Below the pieces are notes generated by a model. It did no database searches and was not told the origin of the DNA. It worked only from the letters and a program-made list of their open reading frames with translations. The position numbers were made by a program, and so were the translations under genes. From a bacterium (GTDB lineage Bacteria; UBA8248), in NCBI GenBank assembly GCA_965213625.1, contig CBDBZU010000004.1:2048001-2112000 (forward strand): DNA of 64,000 bases. The letters are read 5' to 3'. Below are positions 29,305 to 39,823 of this stretch, in pieces (the stretch's first letter is position 1; each line of letters begins with the position of its first letter).

Positions 29305-32300
29305 ATGCCGTCTCCATTCGTTCATCTGCATCTACACTCCCAGTACAGTCTGCTTGACGGCACCACGCGGATCGGCGACCTGGTGCAGCGCGCCGCCGAG
29401 CTCGGGCAACCCGCCGTGGCGCTCACCGACCACGGGAACATGTTCGGCGCGGTAAAGTTCTACGAAGCGGCGAAAAGGGCGGGCGTCAAACCCATCATCG
29501 GTTGTGAGGTGTACGTCGCCCCCGGCAGCCGGTTCGTCAAGGGCTCTACGAACGGCGGCGGACGCGCCTACCACATGCTGCTGCTCGCCCGGAACCAGAC
29601 GGGCTACAACAATCTGTGCGAACTCGTCACGCGCGGCTTCACCGAGGGTATGTACTATTTCCCCAGAATTGACCGAGAACTGCTCTCCCAGCACGCCGAG
29701 GGCCTCATCTGCACCTCCGCCTGCCTGCGCGGAGAGGTGAACGATCACCTCCTGCACGGCCGCGAAGAGGCGGCGCGCGAGGCGGCCGGGTTCTATAAGG
29801 AGCTCTTCCCGAATCGCTACTACCTCGAACTCCAGGACCACGGCATGGAGGAGGACAAGCAGGTCATCCCCAGGGTCATCGCCCTCTCGAAAGAGATGGG
29901 GCTGCCCCTCGTCGCCACCAACGACGTGCATTATCTGGACAAGGGGGATCACAGCGCCCAGGAAGTGCTTATCTGCATCCAGACGGGCAAGACTCTGAAC
30001 GACCCCAATCGCATGACGATAAAGAGCGAGGAGTTCTACCTCAAAACCGCAGAGGAGATGGAGGCGCTCTTCGCAGAGGTGCCCGATGCCCTCGCCAACA
30101 CGCTCTCCATCGCCGAGCAATGCGATTTCGAGTTCGACTTCGGCGGGGCCCACTACCCGGATTTCGAAACCCCCGACGGGGCCGACAAGAAAGAATACCT
30201 CAAACGCACGGCCGAGGAGGGACTCGCGCACAAGCTCGCGCAGTTCGGGATCGAGGGCGCCGAGGCGGAGCGCTACCGCGAGCGACTCAAGATGGAGCTC
30301 GAGGTCATCAACAGCCAGAATTACGAAGGCTATTTCCTTATCGTCTCCGATTTCATCCGCTACGCCAAGGAGCAGGGCATTCCCGTGGGTCCGGGCCGGG
30401 GCTCGGCGGCAGGCAGCCTGGCCGCCTACTCGCTGGGCATCACGGGCATCGACCCGCTCAAATATTCCCTGCTTTTCGAGCGTTTCCTGAACCCCGAGCG
30501 CATCAGCCCGCCCGACGTGGACATCGACTTCTGCATGGACCGCCGCGATGAGGTCATCCGCTACGTGCAGGAAAAATACGGGCGCGAGAATGTCTGTCAG
30601 ATCATTACCTTCGGGAGCATGCTGGCGAAGGGTGTCTTGCGCGACGTGGGACGCGTGATGGATATGCCATATGGCGAGGTGGACCGCATCGCCAAGCTGG
30701 TGCCCAACGAACTCAAGATCACGCTCGATGACGCGATGAAGAAAGAGCCTCGCCTGCGCGATACCGTGGAGCGCGACCCGAAGGTGGGCGGGTTGATGAG
30801 TACAGCCAGAAAGCTCGAGGGTAATATTCGCCATGCGGGTACCCACGCGGCCGGCGTGGTCATCGCGCCGTCCAAGCTCACCGACTTCGTACCGCTATAC
30901 AAGGCTTCGGGCGGCGAAATGATGACCCAGTTCGACATGAAGGACATCGAGGAAATCGGCCTCCTCAAGATGGATTTCCTGGGTCTCAAGACGCTCACGG
31001 TGCTGGAGCGCGCCGTGAACCTCGTGCGCGACGGAGGCGGAGATCTGGACCTGGAAACGCTGACCCTTGATGATGAGGCGACGTACCGTCTGCTCGCCGA
31101 GGGGAAAACGACCGGCATTTTCCAGCTCGAGAGCAGGGGAATACGAGAGTATCTCAGAAAGCTCATCCCCACGACGTTCGAGGATCTGATCGCCATGGTC
31201 GCGCTCTACCGCCCTGGTCCGCTGGAGAGTGGCATGGTGGACGCTTTCATCAACAGGAAGCACGGGCGCGAGCAGATTGATTATTTCTTCGATGAGCTCC
31301 AGACCATCCTCGAGGGTACCTACGGCGTCATGGTGTACCAGGAACAGGTGATGCAAATCTCGAACGCGCTCTCAGGCTTCTCTCTGGGGCGTGCGGACGT
31401 GCTGCGCAAGGCGATGGGCAAGAAGAGCCAGAAGCTCATGGCCGAGCAGCAGGCCGATTTCGTGGACGGGGCCGCTGAGCGCGGACACGACAGGAAAAAG
31501 GTTCAGTCCCTGTGGGATCAGATCGATAAGTTCGCGGGCTATGGCTTCAATAAGAGCCACAGCGCGGCCTACGCCCTCATCGCCTACCGAACGGCGTATA
31601 TGAAGACGCACCATCCGCACGAGTTCATGTCTGCGCTGCTCACGTGTGATAGGGAGAACGCGGATAAAGTCATCAAAGACATCGCCGAGTGCCGAAGCAT
31701 GAAGATTCCCGTACTTCCGCCGGACGTGAACGCCAGCCAGAAGGATTTCACGGTCGAGCGAGAGTCTATCCGCTTCGGTCTGGCTGCCGTGAAAAATGTG
31801 GGCGAGGGGCTGGTAGACGCTGTTTTGGTAAGCCGGAACGAGGAGGGGCCGTTCAGGGACCTGGGCGATTTTTGCAGGCGCGTGGAGCACCGGCATCTGA
31901 ACCGGCGGGCGCTCGAGAGCCTCATCAAGGCGGCGGCATTCGATTCTCTAGGCGTGGGGCGTGCGCAGGCGACGGCGTCGCTCGACATCGTGCTCGAAGC
32001 CGCGATTCGCGAGCAAAAAAGCGTCGCCGTGGGGCAGGGCTCTCTGTTCGGAGGGGATGAAGCGGCCAAGGGCGCCCTTCACCTGCCTGAGGTAGCCGAG
32101 TGGGAGGACGGCGAGCGCCTGGCCAGCGAGCGCGAGGTGCTGGGTTTTTATGTTTCAGGACACCCGCTCGATGATCACAAGGAAGTTATCGAGCGCTTCG
32201 CCAACATCGACACCTTGCGCCTCACCGAAGTTACGAGCGCGCGCCAGCTCAAGATGGCCGGTCTCATCCGATCCTCGCGGCTGCGCACGACGCGCGCGGG

Positions 32301-32736
32301 CCGGCGTATGGCGAACTTCGTCTTGGAAGATCAAGTGGGCACGGCGGAGATGACGCTGTTTCCCGACGTGTTCGAGAGTTGCCACGAAATCCTCGAGAGC
32401 GACGAACCCGTTCTCATCGAGGGCGTGGCCGAGGTCTCGGATGATGGGGTTCAGGTAGTGGTGCGCGCCATCGAACCTCTCTCGGAAGTAGAGGTGAACC
32501 GTGCGAGCAGGGTTCTGGTCGACCTCGAGCCCGAGTGCCGCACGCCGAATCGCCTGCAATCCATCCGCGAAGTACTGGCCAGGCATCCGGGCAACTGCGC
32601 CGTGCAATTTACGCTCAGGTTTCCCAGTCGCGAAGTGCGCATTGAGGCGGGCGAGGGATTCGTGGTGGCGCCGACGGCGGAACTGACCGAAGAACTGGGA
32701 GACCTGGTGGGCGCGGGAGCCGTTCGCTTTGAATAG
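29305..32736 (+). CDS. dnaE: DNA polymerase III alpha subunit
   Basis: HLHLHSQYSLLDG PHP domain, GPGRGSAAGS, PDVDIDF, KMDFLGL, GFNKSHSAAY; normal length, no intein. Confidence 0.98.
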   Translation: MPSPFVHLHLHSQYSLLDGTTRIGDLVQRAAELGQPAVALTDHGNMFGAVKFYEAAKRAGVKPIIGCEVYVAPGSRFVKGSTNGGGRAYHMLLLARNQTGYNNLCELVTRGFTEGMYYFPRIDRELLSQHAEGLICTSACLRGEVNDHLLHGREEAAREAAGFYKELFPNRYYLELQDHGMEEDKQVIPRVIALSKEMGLPLVATNDVHYLDKGDHSAQEVLICIQTGKTLNDPNRMTIKSEEFYLKTAEEMEALFAEVPDALANTLSIAEQCDFEFDFGGAHYPDFETPDGADKKEYLKRTAEEGLAHKLAQFGIEGAEAERYRERLKMELEVINSQNYEGYFLIVSDFIRYAKEQGIPVGPGRGSAAGSLAAYSLGITGIDPLKYSLLFERFLNPERISPPDVDIDFCMDRRDEVIRYVQEKYGRENVCQIITFGSMLAKGVLRDVGRVMDMPYGEVDRIAKLVPNELKITLDDAMKKEPRLRDTVERDPKVGGLMSTARKLEGNIRHAGTHAAGVVIAPSKLTDFVPLYKASGGEMMTQFDMKDIEEIGLLKMDFLGLKTLTVLERAVNLVRDGGGDLDLETLTLDDEATYRLLAEGKTTGIFQLESRGIREYLRKLIPTTFEDLIAMVALYRPGPLESGMVDAFINRKHGREQIDYFFDELQTILEGTYGVMVYQEQVMQISNALSGFSLGRADVLRKAMGKKSQKLMAEQQADFVDGAAERGHDRKKVQSLWDQIDKFAGYGFNKSHSAAYALIAYRTAYMKTHHPHEFMSALLTCDRENADKVIKDIAECRSMKIPVLPPDVNASQKDFTVERESIRFGLAAVKNVGEGLVDAVLVSRNEEGPFRDLGDFCRRVEHRHLNRRALESLIKAAAFDSLGVGRAQATASLDIVLEAAIREQKSVAVGQGSLFGGDEAAKGALHLPEVAEWEDGERLASEREVLGFYVSGHPLDDHKEVIERFANIDTLRLTEVTSARQLKMAGLIRSSRLRTTRAGRRMANFVLEDQVGTAEMTLFPDVFESCHEILESDEPVLIEGVAEVSDDGVQVVVRAIEPLSEVEVNRASRVLVDLEPECRTPNRLQSIREVLARHPGNCAVQFTLRFPSREVRIEAGEGFVVAPTAELTEELGDLVGAGAVRFE

Positions 32737-33430
32737 ACCTTCCATCAGAGCCGCATTCCTGGGGAGGATGGCGTTTGGCGATGCCTGGGATTTGCAAAAG
32801 CGCCTGTGGGCCGAGCGCGCTGAGGGCCGTCTCGGGGAGGATGTCTTTCTCTTTCTGGAGCACGAGCCGGTCATGACGCTGGGCAAGGGGGGGAGCGAAG
32901 CGAACGTGCTTCTCAGGCGCTCGCCCGTTGACGGCGCAGAGGTTCCTCTCGTACGGATCAACCGGGGCGGTGAGGTGACCTTTCACGGTCCGGGCCAGTT
33001 GATGCTCTATGCTATCTGCGACCTCCGTGAGTGGGAGCGTGACGTGCACCTTCACTGCAGAAGGCTTGAGGAGGTTTTTCGGCGTTACATGGAGAAGAGC
33101 GGGTTTCGCGCCGAGAGAAGGCCGGGGAATCCGGGCCTTTGGGTGGAGGATGAGAAAATTCTCGCTTTGGGCGTTGGCGCGAGGCGCTGGGTGACGATGC
33201 ACGGGGTTTCATTCAACGCATCTCCGGATCTGCGATATTTTGAAATGATGCACCCCTGCGGCGAGGTGGGTGGACGGACGACTTCCCTGGAAAAGCTCGT
33301 GGGGGAGACTCCGCCGCTGCCGGAACTCGCACAGGATTTGATTTCCATTTGCGCGGACGTTTTTGATACCCACATTACAATGGAAACCGACCCGGCGCGG
33401 GTCGTAGGAGTTCTCCCAAGTGTTTCTTGA
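32729..33430 (+). CDS. lipB: Lipoyl(octanoyl) transferase
   Basis: LEHEPVMTLG, RGGEVTFHGPGQL, HGVSFN, PCG. Confidence 0.9.
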   Translation: MNRPSIRAAFLGRMAFGDAWDLQKRLWAERAEGRLGEDVFLFLEHEPVMTLGKGGSEANVLLRRSPVDGAEVPLVRINRGGEVTFHGPGQLMLYAICDLREWERDVHLHCRRLEEVFRRYMEKSGFRAERRPGNPGLWVEDEKILALGVGARRWVTMHGVSFNASPDLRYFEMMHPCGEVGGRTTSLEKLVGETPPLPELAQDLISICADVFDTHITMETDPARVVGVLPSVS

Positions 33431-34244
33431 ACCGAAAAGTTCCAGAGGAGGAAAATGGAGCCTCGCCGCGAGTCTGGCGGGCGTTTTCATTTTGCTCGCC
33501 GCAGCGCAGGTGTTCGCGGCTTCGGGCTTTGCCGGGTTGGGATTTACGCCCAAGGTATGGGAGCTTCTGAAGAAAGGGGGGTATACGATGATCCCCCTAG
33601 GGTTGTGCTCGGTCATTGCGCTCATGGTGACGCTCGAGCGGCTCATCTCTTTGAGGCGCAAGAAAGTCCTGCCCCAAGCCCTGGTGAGCGCTTCGGAAAG
33701 CTGCTGGCGCAGAGGAGATTTCGAGGAGGCCGCTCAAGTATGTGAACGGTTCGATTCACCGCTTGGGCGTGTACTAAAAGCGGGTCTGGCGAGGCGACGC
33801 CTGGGCCTCGGCGAGATGGAGCGCGCCATGGTCGGTGCGGGTCAGCACGAGTCGACCGTCTTGTCGCGCAACCTCCGCGGTTTGGGCGTCATCGCGAATC
33901 TGGCGCCTATGCTGGGCCTTTTCGGCACAGTCGTGGGGATGATTCGCGCTTTCGACGTCATCAGCCGCGCCGGGACTGGAAACCCGAATCTGGTGGCGGA
34001 GGGGATATCCGAAGCGCTGTTGACGACGGCGGCGGGTCTTTTGATTGGCATTCCCGCTCTTGCGGCGTATCACTTTTTCCGTTCGCGCAGCGGCCGTCTC
34101 CTGTTCGAGATGGAATCCATCTCACTGGCGCTTTTGCAGAACCTTGCGGCACAATCCGGTGAATCCGCCGAGAACACGGATAATGCGTTCCACGACGAGG
34201 CTGATGGCTTAGAGAGCGTGAGTCCGCAGGGCGAGGATAATTGA
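33420..34244 (+). CDS. exbB: MotA/TolQ/ExbB proton channel protein
   Basis: APMLGLFGTVVGMIRAF, GISEALLTTAAGL. Confidence 0.88.
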   Translation: MFLEPKSSRGGKWSLAASLAGVFILLAAAQVFAASGFAGLGFTPKVWELLKKGGYTMIPLGLCSVIALMVTLERLISLRRKKVLPQALVSASESCWRRGDFEEAAQVCERFDSPLGRVLKAGLARRRLGLGEMERAMVGAGQHESTVLSRNLRGLGVIANLAPMLGLFGTVVGMIRAFDVISRAGTGNPNLVAEGISEALLTTAAGLLIGIPALAAYHFFRSRSGRLLFEMESISLALLQNLAAQSGESAENTDNAFHDEADGLESVSPQGEDN

Positions 34245-34646
34245 ATGCGCTTTCAGAGCGATTTGGAGGAAGACTACAGCCTCCAGCTCACCTCACTCAT
34301 AGACGTCGTCTTCTTGCTCCTCATCTTTTTCATGGTCTCCACCTCCTTTGTGGATTTCACCCGCAGGCTCGACATTGAACTGCCCGAAGCCAAATCGAGC
34401 GCCGAGGTGGTGGAGAAAAAATCGTTTCTCATCGAAGTCGGCTCGGAAAAGCGAATTTCGCTGAACGGCAAGACTGTGCTGCTCGATGAACTCGAAAGCG
34501 AGTTGAAGTCGGGAGTCGAGAGCGGGAAGTTCAAGCCCTCTCTTACGATCAAGGCGGACAAGCGCCTCGATTACGGCTATGTGATCAAGGTGATGGGCCT
34601 CATCTCCGAAGCGGGCGTTCGGGACATCTCACTGGCGACGAAATAG
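34245..34646 (+). CDS. exbD: ExbD/TolR biopolymer transport protein
   Basis: LTSLIDVVFLLLIFFMV; IKADK. Confidence 0.9.
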   Translation: MRFQSDLEEDYSLQLTSLIDVVFLLLIFFMVSTSFVDFTRRLDIELPEAKSSAEVVEKKSFLIEVGSEKRISLNGKTVLLDELESELKSGVESGKFKPSLTIKADKRLDYGYVIKVMGLISEAGVRDISLATK

Positions 34647-34694
34647 AATCATGGGTATTGGCGCGGTGTAAACGCATCCGCGCTTGATTTTCAT

Positions 34695-35369
34695 GTGGAG
34701 AAAAGCGTGAACCAAAGGCGGGCCGATACCACGGTTTCCATACCGCGCAAGGCCGAAACCACCACGCGCGTACTTCTGCTCAGGCACGGCGCGGCAGAAG
34801 GTTCAAAAGAGGGTTTTTTCTACGGCAGCACCGATGCGCCGCTCCTGGCCGAGGGCGAGGCGCAGGTGCGGGATGCGGCGCCGCGCGTCAAGGGCTGGTT
34901 GAAAGAGAGTGAAACGGCCCTTTACGCCAGTTCGCTCACCCGCTCCGTGAGGACGGCGGAAATTCTATCAGAGGCAATGGGATTGGGACTTGCGCCCACA
35001 ATCACTCCCGAAATCGCCGAGCTTCACCTGGGCGATTGGGAGGGGGAGACGCACGCCACCCTCGCGGAAAAAGAACCCGAGCGACTGGCCGAACATTACA
35101 AGAATTTCGTGCACTCCAAGCCGCCGGGCGGCGGAGAATCCGTGGCCGAACTCGCCGCCCGTGTTTTGTCTGCGTTTCGCAATATCTGCGCCCGGGAGAA
35201 GGAGAAGAACGTCATCGTCTGCGCGCATGCAGCGGTGAACCGGGTGATTCTATGCGATGCGCTGGGCGCTCCGCTCGATAGTTTTTTTCGGCTGGAGCAG
35301 GATTTTGCGGCCTTGAACGTGATCGACCTGCACGAGGGCGCGCCCCTCGTCCGCACGATGAACATTTAA
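34695..35369 (+). CDS. Histidine phosphatase family protein (CobC/GpmB-like)
   Basis: LLRHG, SSLTRSVRTA, LGDWEG, GGES, AH. Confidence 0.85.
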   Translation: MEKSVNQRRADTTVSIPRKAETTTRVLLLRHGAAEGSKEGFFYGSTDAPLLAEGEAQVRDAAPRVKGWLKESETALYASSLTRSVRTAEILSEAMGLGLAPTITPEIAELHLGDWEGETHATLAEKEPERLAEHYKNFVHSKPPGGGESVAELAARVLSAFRNICAREKEKNVIVCAHAAVNRVILCDALGAPLDSFFRLEQDFAALNVIDLHEGAPLVRTMNI

Positions 35370-35444
35370 TGAAATACGCTTGGTGCGCCTACCTGTGCGG
35401 CGATGCCGCGAGAGTCATCTCAATCGGCGCTGCCTAAAGAAAAA

Positions 35445-35870
35445 TCACTCAGTTTTTTCTTTATTCGCCGCTTCGTCCATGGCCGATACGATGTCCGTTC
35501 GGGAAAAATCACCGCCCTTGAACAAAAGTGGCGCATCCAGATACTTGGCCAAGGCATAGGAGAAGCAATCGCCATAGTTCAGGGCGGCGCCGTGGCCTGT
35601 CCCCTTACCGAAGCGCCTGTAGGCGTCGAAAGCAATGTCGGCAATGCGAGGAGACACTTCCATAACAGTCGTACCACTCTTCTGGAAAAAAGCGTCCAGC
35701 GCCAGGGTCGCACTATCATCGAATCGGGCAAACAAAATGATGCGGGTTTCAAGCAGATTCGCAGCGCTGATGCAGGTGTGAGCAGACTTTTCAATCAACT
35801 CATTGAAGGAGCGTCTTTCGGGTTCATCGCTCATGATGGCGATGAGCGCCGATGTGTCGATGACCATCAC
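35445..35870 (-). CDS. vapC: PIN-domain toxin VapC
   Basis: VIDTSALIAI, LNYGDCFSYALAK, LLFKGGDFSRTD. Confidence 0.92.
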   Translation of the reverse strand: MMVIDTSALIAIMSDEPERRSFNELIEKSAHTCISAANLLETRIILFARFDDSATLALDAFFQKSGTTVMEVSPRIADIAFDAYRRFGKGTGHGAALNYGDCFSYALAKYLDAPLLFKGGDFSRTDIVSAMDEAANKEKTE

Positions 35871-36124
35871 GCGGGCAGGCCGCTTTCGTCATACCCGATG
35901 ATTTCATCGCTGTTTCGATCGTCACGTCTCGGTAGCTTGGCGCAATAGAGGGCGATGCGGTCCAGTTCATCGGCAAGCGGGGTTCCGCCCCGCATCTTCT
36001 CCACCTGAGCCAGCTTCTCCTGTATGGCGCCCTTGACGGCCTTGGCCATGGATTCTCCGGTCAGGCTCGCAAGCCTTTTCGCCAACGCATGGGTATCGTC
36101 ATCTTTGATGTTCAGTGGCATCAT
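35867..36124 (-). CDS. vapB: VapB antitoxin (Rv0623-like)
   Basis: LNIKD....LA.RLA..TGES...AV; DEIIGYDESGLP; 4-nt overlap with vapC. Confidence 0.9.
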   Translation of the reverse strand: MMPLNIKDDDTHALAKRLASLTGESMAKAVKGAIQEKLAQVEKMRGGTPLADELDRIALYCAKLPRRDDRNSDEIIGYDESGLPA

Positions 36125-36232
36125 TTATTCCTCCATTCATTAATTATCGGAGGAATGGAGGATAAAGTCAATTCTGATTCATAATTCATGTTGAAAGTCA
36201 GATCTTCTCACAGAAAAAAAGTTCTCTGACCC

Positions 36233-37201
36233 CTACTTCCCTCTGTAGGCTTTGATGATCGCCGCGCCCTCGGCGCCGGCGGCCTTACTCCATTCGGCGG
36301 ACATGGTTTCGCCGATTTTGGCCAGATCGGCGGCGAGCCGCTTCCCGGGCCTCTGCACACTCATGCCGCCTGCGGCGAGTTGTTTGAGATAAAAGCCGGT
36401 CAACTCGCGTGCCCGCGCCGTACCTGCCGCTTCGGCCAGAAGTGCTGAGGAGCGCAGGCAGTTTTGGGTATGGGCATCAAGCGCCTCGAAAGCTCGCTTA
36501 TTGGCGAATATGTAGTTGCGCGGCAGCCAGGCTTGGGTGTCATAAAAATGGCTCACGTGTTTCCACTGCTTGAGTTCGTAGCCGGTTGCGCTTGATGAGA
36601 TGTAGGCTTCCACTTTACCGCTTGCCAGTGCGGGTTCGAGTTCCGCCAGCTCGATGTGCACTGAGGGCATTCCGGCGAGTTCGGCGAATCGCGCCGTCGC
36701 GGCATTGTAGGCGCGGAATTTGATGCCCCGCATGTCGGTGACGCCGTTGATCGCGCGCTTGAAGTACATCCCCTGCGGCGGCCAGGGGACGGAGTAGAGC
36801 AGCACGAGATTCTGCGCGGCGAGAATCTTCGTCAACCGACCTTTGGCTGACCGCCAGAGTTTTTCGGACGCATCGAAAGAGGTGGCCAGCAGCGGCACGG
36901 AGTCGAACCCGAAGACGGCGTTTTCGTTCTGATGCGCGCTCAGCAGGCGCTCGCCGATGGGAGCCTTCCCGCTCTGTACGGCGCGCTTGATTTCACCGCC
37001 CTTGATGAGAGAACCGCCTCCATGCACCGCGATGTCGAGTTTTCCCCCGGTGCATACGCCCACCGCCTTGGCGAAGAGTTTTGCGTTTTGCGTGTGGTAG
37101 TTCGCGTTCCCGTATGCTGTCGGCATGTTCCATTTTTCCGCCCCATGGGCCGCACCCGCCCAAAGGAGCAGGCACGCAGCCAGTCCCGTCAACCATTTCA
37201 T
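36233..37201 (-). CDS. TRAP transporter substrate-binding protein (DctP family)
   Basis: Signal peptide, WNMPTAY, HGGGSL, VPWPPQG, KFRAYN. Confidence 0.88.
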   Translation of the reverse strand: MKWLTGLAACLLLWAGAAHGAEKWNMPTAYGNANYHTQNAKLFAKAVGVCTGGKLDIAVHGGGSLIKGGEIKRAVQSGKAPIGERLLSAHQNENAVFGFDSVPLLATSFDASEKLWRSAKGRLTKILAAQNLVLLYSVPWPPQGMYFKRAINGVTDMRGIKFRAYNAATARFAELAGMPSVHIELAELEPALASGKVEAYISSSATGYELKQWKHVSHFYDTQAWLPRNYIFANKRAFEALDAHTQNCLRSSALLAEAAGTARARELTGFYLKQLAAGGMSVQRPGKRLAADLAKIGETMSAEWSKAAGAEGAAIIKAYRGK

Positions 37202-37323
37202 TCTTGAGTCCTCCGTTATGTGAACGCCCTCGCTTAAAGTAACGATATGCAGAAAATCGCAAATTTATTCTATACTACAATGATTCTCAGAGGACCCTCA
37301 TTTTTTCTCTCACGGAGGGTCCC

Positions 37324-38622
37324 GTGCCGCTTATCGAGAAAATCTGCAAAAAACAGGTTCGTGCGTGTGTGATGGGTTTGGGATACGTCGGACTCCCGCT
37401 CGCCCTGGAGTTCGTGCGCGCAGGCTACCGGGTAGTCGGTCTGGATACGGACCCCCGCCGCATTGACGACTTGGGAGAGGCGAAGAGCCACATCCTGGAT
37501 GTTTCCTCAAATAGCCTGTCTGCGGCGTTGGGGACGAATCGGCTCGAGTTCACTTGTGATCATCGGGTGATTGCGGATGTGGACACCGTCAGCATTTGCG
37601 TCCCCACGCCGTTAGGGAGGACCCGGGACCCGGATTTGTCTTTCGTCCAGTCTGCATTCGAGAGCATCAAGCGGTACCGAAGACGGGAACAGCTCTACGT
37701 GCTCGAGAGCACCACCTATCCAGGGGCGACCGAGGAAATCGTTCTGCCCGTTTTGTCGGAAGCAGGCTGGGAAGTGGGTGAGGATTTTTATCTCGCTTTC
37801 TCGCCCGAGCGCGTGGATCCCGGTAACGAGTTCTACACCATGAGAAACATACCGAAAGTAGTGGGCGGCGTTACGCCAAGGTGCGCTGATTGCGCTAGCG
37901 CACTGTACGAAGGCGTCGTCGAGCAGATCGTTCAGGTCGCCTCGCCCCGGGTTGCAGAGATGGTGAAGCTGCTGGAAAACACCTTTCGCAGCGTGAACAT
38001 CGCCCTGGTGAATGAAGTGGCGAAAATGTGCCATGCCCTCGGCCTAGATGCGTGGGAGGTGATCGAGGCGGCGAAAACGAAGCCTTTCGGCTTTATGCCC
38101 TTTTATCCCGGGCCGGGCCTCGGCGGGCATTGCGTTCCCGTGGACCCCGTTTATCTGTCCTGGAAGGCGCGGCAGGCGGGATTCGAGACGAAGTTCATTG
38201 ACCTGGCCGATGAGGTGAACAACACGATGCCCCGGTTCGTCGTGGAACTCGCGTCCAGGGCTCTGAACGAAACAGGCAAGGCGCTCGTAGGGGCGAATGT
38301 CTTGCTGGCGGGGGTGGCGTACAAGGCGGACGTATCCGACATCCGGGAGAGTCCTGCTCTGGACGTCTGGCTCCATTTGGAGCGCCTCGGTGCAAGCGTT
38401 TTATATTCCGACCCCCATGTGCCGGTAATCGACGATCCTCCCATAAGAGCGCATTCACGGTCTATAAACGCTGAGTCGCTTCGTGAATACGATTGCGTAA
38501 TCGTGCTCACGAACCACAAATCACTGGATAGAGAATGCATTTACGCCCATGCGAACTGCATCGTGGATACGCGCAACGCTTTTGCGGATTTCGGACAAAA
38601 CGGCCGTTTGTTCAAACTTTGA
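37324..38622 (+). CDS. UDP-N-acetylhexosamine / nucleotide-sugar dehydrogenase (WecC/WbpA-like)
   Basis: GLGYVGLPLA, ICVPTP, ESTTYPG, SPERVDPG, KLLENTFR, GGHCVPVDP. Confidence 0.92.
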   Translation: MPLIEKICKKQVRACVMGLGYVGLPLALEFVRAGYRVVGLDTDPRRIDDLGEAKSHILDVSSNSLSAALGTNRLEFTCDHRVIADVDTVSICVPTPLGRTRDPDLSFVQSAFESIKRYRRREQLYVLESTTYPGATEEIVLPVLSEAGWEVGEDFYLAFSPERVDPGNEFYTMRNIPKVVGGVTPRCADCASALYEGVVEQIVQVASPRVAEMVKLLENTFRSVNIALVNEVAKMCHALGLDAWEVIEAAKTKPFGFMPFYPGPGLGGHCVPVDPVYLSWKARQAGFETKFIDLADEVNNTMPRFVVELASRALNETGKALVGANVLLAGVAYKADVSDIRESPALDVWLHLERLGASVLYSDPHVPVIDDPPIRAHSRSINAESLREYDCVIVLTNHKSLDRECIYAHANCIVDTRNAFADFGQNGRLFKL

Positions 38623-38823
38623 CGCGCTTTTCTTCAGGCGAGGACTTTGTTGCGAGACGCCGGAAGTGTATAATCCTTGAAATAACAACTAGATGTAGAT
38701 TGCGTCACCTTCTCTGAAAATTCCGCCAGAGGTGGTTGACATCGCTTGGCCATCTGGGGTTTATATACACCTTCGTCTTCTCCAGGGAAGATTATTTATC
38801 AGCCGAAGAAGAGAAGAGAACAG

Positions 38824-39273
38824 ATGAGAATGTACCAGAAGACAGTCAGCCTCACGAAAGAGCAGGCCAACGCCCAGCGCGGCTGGGTGCTGGTGGATGC
38901 GAAGGATCAGACCCTGGGGCGCCTCTCCACGCGCGTGGCTACACTCCTGCGCGGGAAGCACAAGCCCGATTGGACGCCACACGTCGACAACGGCGAATAC
39001 GTCGTCGTCATTAATGCGGAGCGCATCGTGCTAACGGGCCGCAAACTTTCGGATAAAAAGTATTATCGCCACTCCGGCTACCCGGGGCATCTCAAAGAAG
39101 TGAACGCGGGGCGTATGCTGGAAACGCATCCCGAGCGCGTGATAGAACACGCCGTACGGGGTATGCTCCCTAAAAACAAGCTGGGGCGCTCCCTGCTGCA
39201 AAAACTCAAAGTATATGCGGGCGATAAACATCCGCATGAGGCGCAACAGCCAGAAACGATAGAATTGGACTGA
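38824..39273 (+). CDS. rplM: 50S ribosomal protein L13
   Basis: LGRL...[43 protein letters not shown]. Confidence 0.97.
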   Translation: MRMYQKTVSLTKEQANAQRGWVLVDAKDQTLGRLSTRVATLLRGKHKPDWTPHVDNGEYVVVINAERIVLTGRKLSDKKYYRHSGYPGHLKEVNAGRMLETHPERVIEHAVRGMLPKNKLGRSLLQKLKVYAGDKHPHEAQQPETIELD

Positions 39274-39298
39274 ACTCCGAGAGGTTTTTGAAACCAAT

Positions 39299-39694
39299 AT
39301 GGCCACGATACCGAAGCACTACGCCACGGGAAAACGAAAAACGGCCGTCGCGCGCGTCTGGATAGAGCCGGGCGACGGCAGGATTCTGGTGAATAACACG
39401 CCTGCGGACGAGTATTTTCTTCGCGACACTTCGCTCATGGTGATCAAGCAGCCCTTTGAGTTGACTGAGACATGGGGCAGCTACGACGTGCGGGCTACAG
39501 TGAAGGGTGGGGGACTTACCGGTCAGGCGGGCGCCGTTCGCCACGGCATTTCAAAAGCCTTGTTGGACGTGGACCCCGCATTTCGGACGATTCTTAAAAA
39601 AGCGGGCCTCATCACGCGTGATTCCCGCGTCAAAGAGCGTAAAAAATACGGCTTGAAAGGCGCGCGCAAGAGCTTCCAGTTCTCCAAGCGCTAA
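39299..39694 (+). CDS. rpsI: 30S ribosomal protein S9
   Basis: [27 protein letters not shown]...[10 protein letters not shown]. Confidence 0.98.
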   Translation: MATIPKHYATGKRKTAVARVWIEPGDGRILVNNTPADEYFLRDTSLMVIKQPFELTETWGSYDVRATVKGGGLTGQAGAVRHGISKALLDVDPAFRTILKKAGLITRDSRVKERKKYGLKGARKSFQFSKR

Positions 39695-39714
39695 CCACTG
39701 CGGTGGTCTATTCG

Positions 39715-39742
39715 GGGGCTGGCTTTGCCGGCCCCTTTTTTT
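39715..39742 (+). terminator. Intrinsic terminator after rplM-rpsI
   Basis: GGGGCTGG-CTTTG-CCGGCCCC followed by T7. Confidence 0.8.
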
Positions 39743-39823
39743 GTGCGAAAAAATGGGTTGTGGTGAACACTCGATCCGATAAGAGTTTGATGCGAATCGC
39801 CTAAGATTCTGGAGGAAAAAGAG

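Noticed and set aside
29305-32736. Possible intein in dnaE (or recA)
   Set aside because: Both proteins are of normal length with contiguous motifs.
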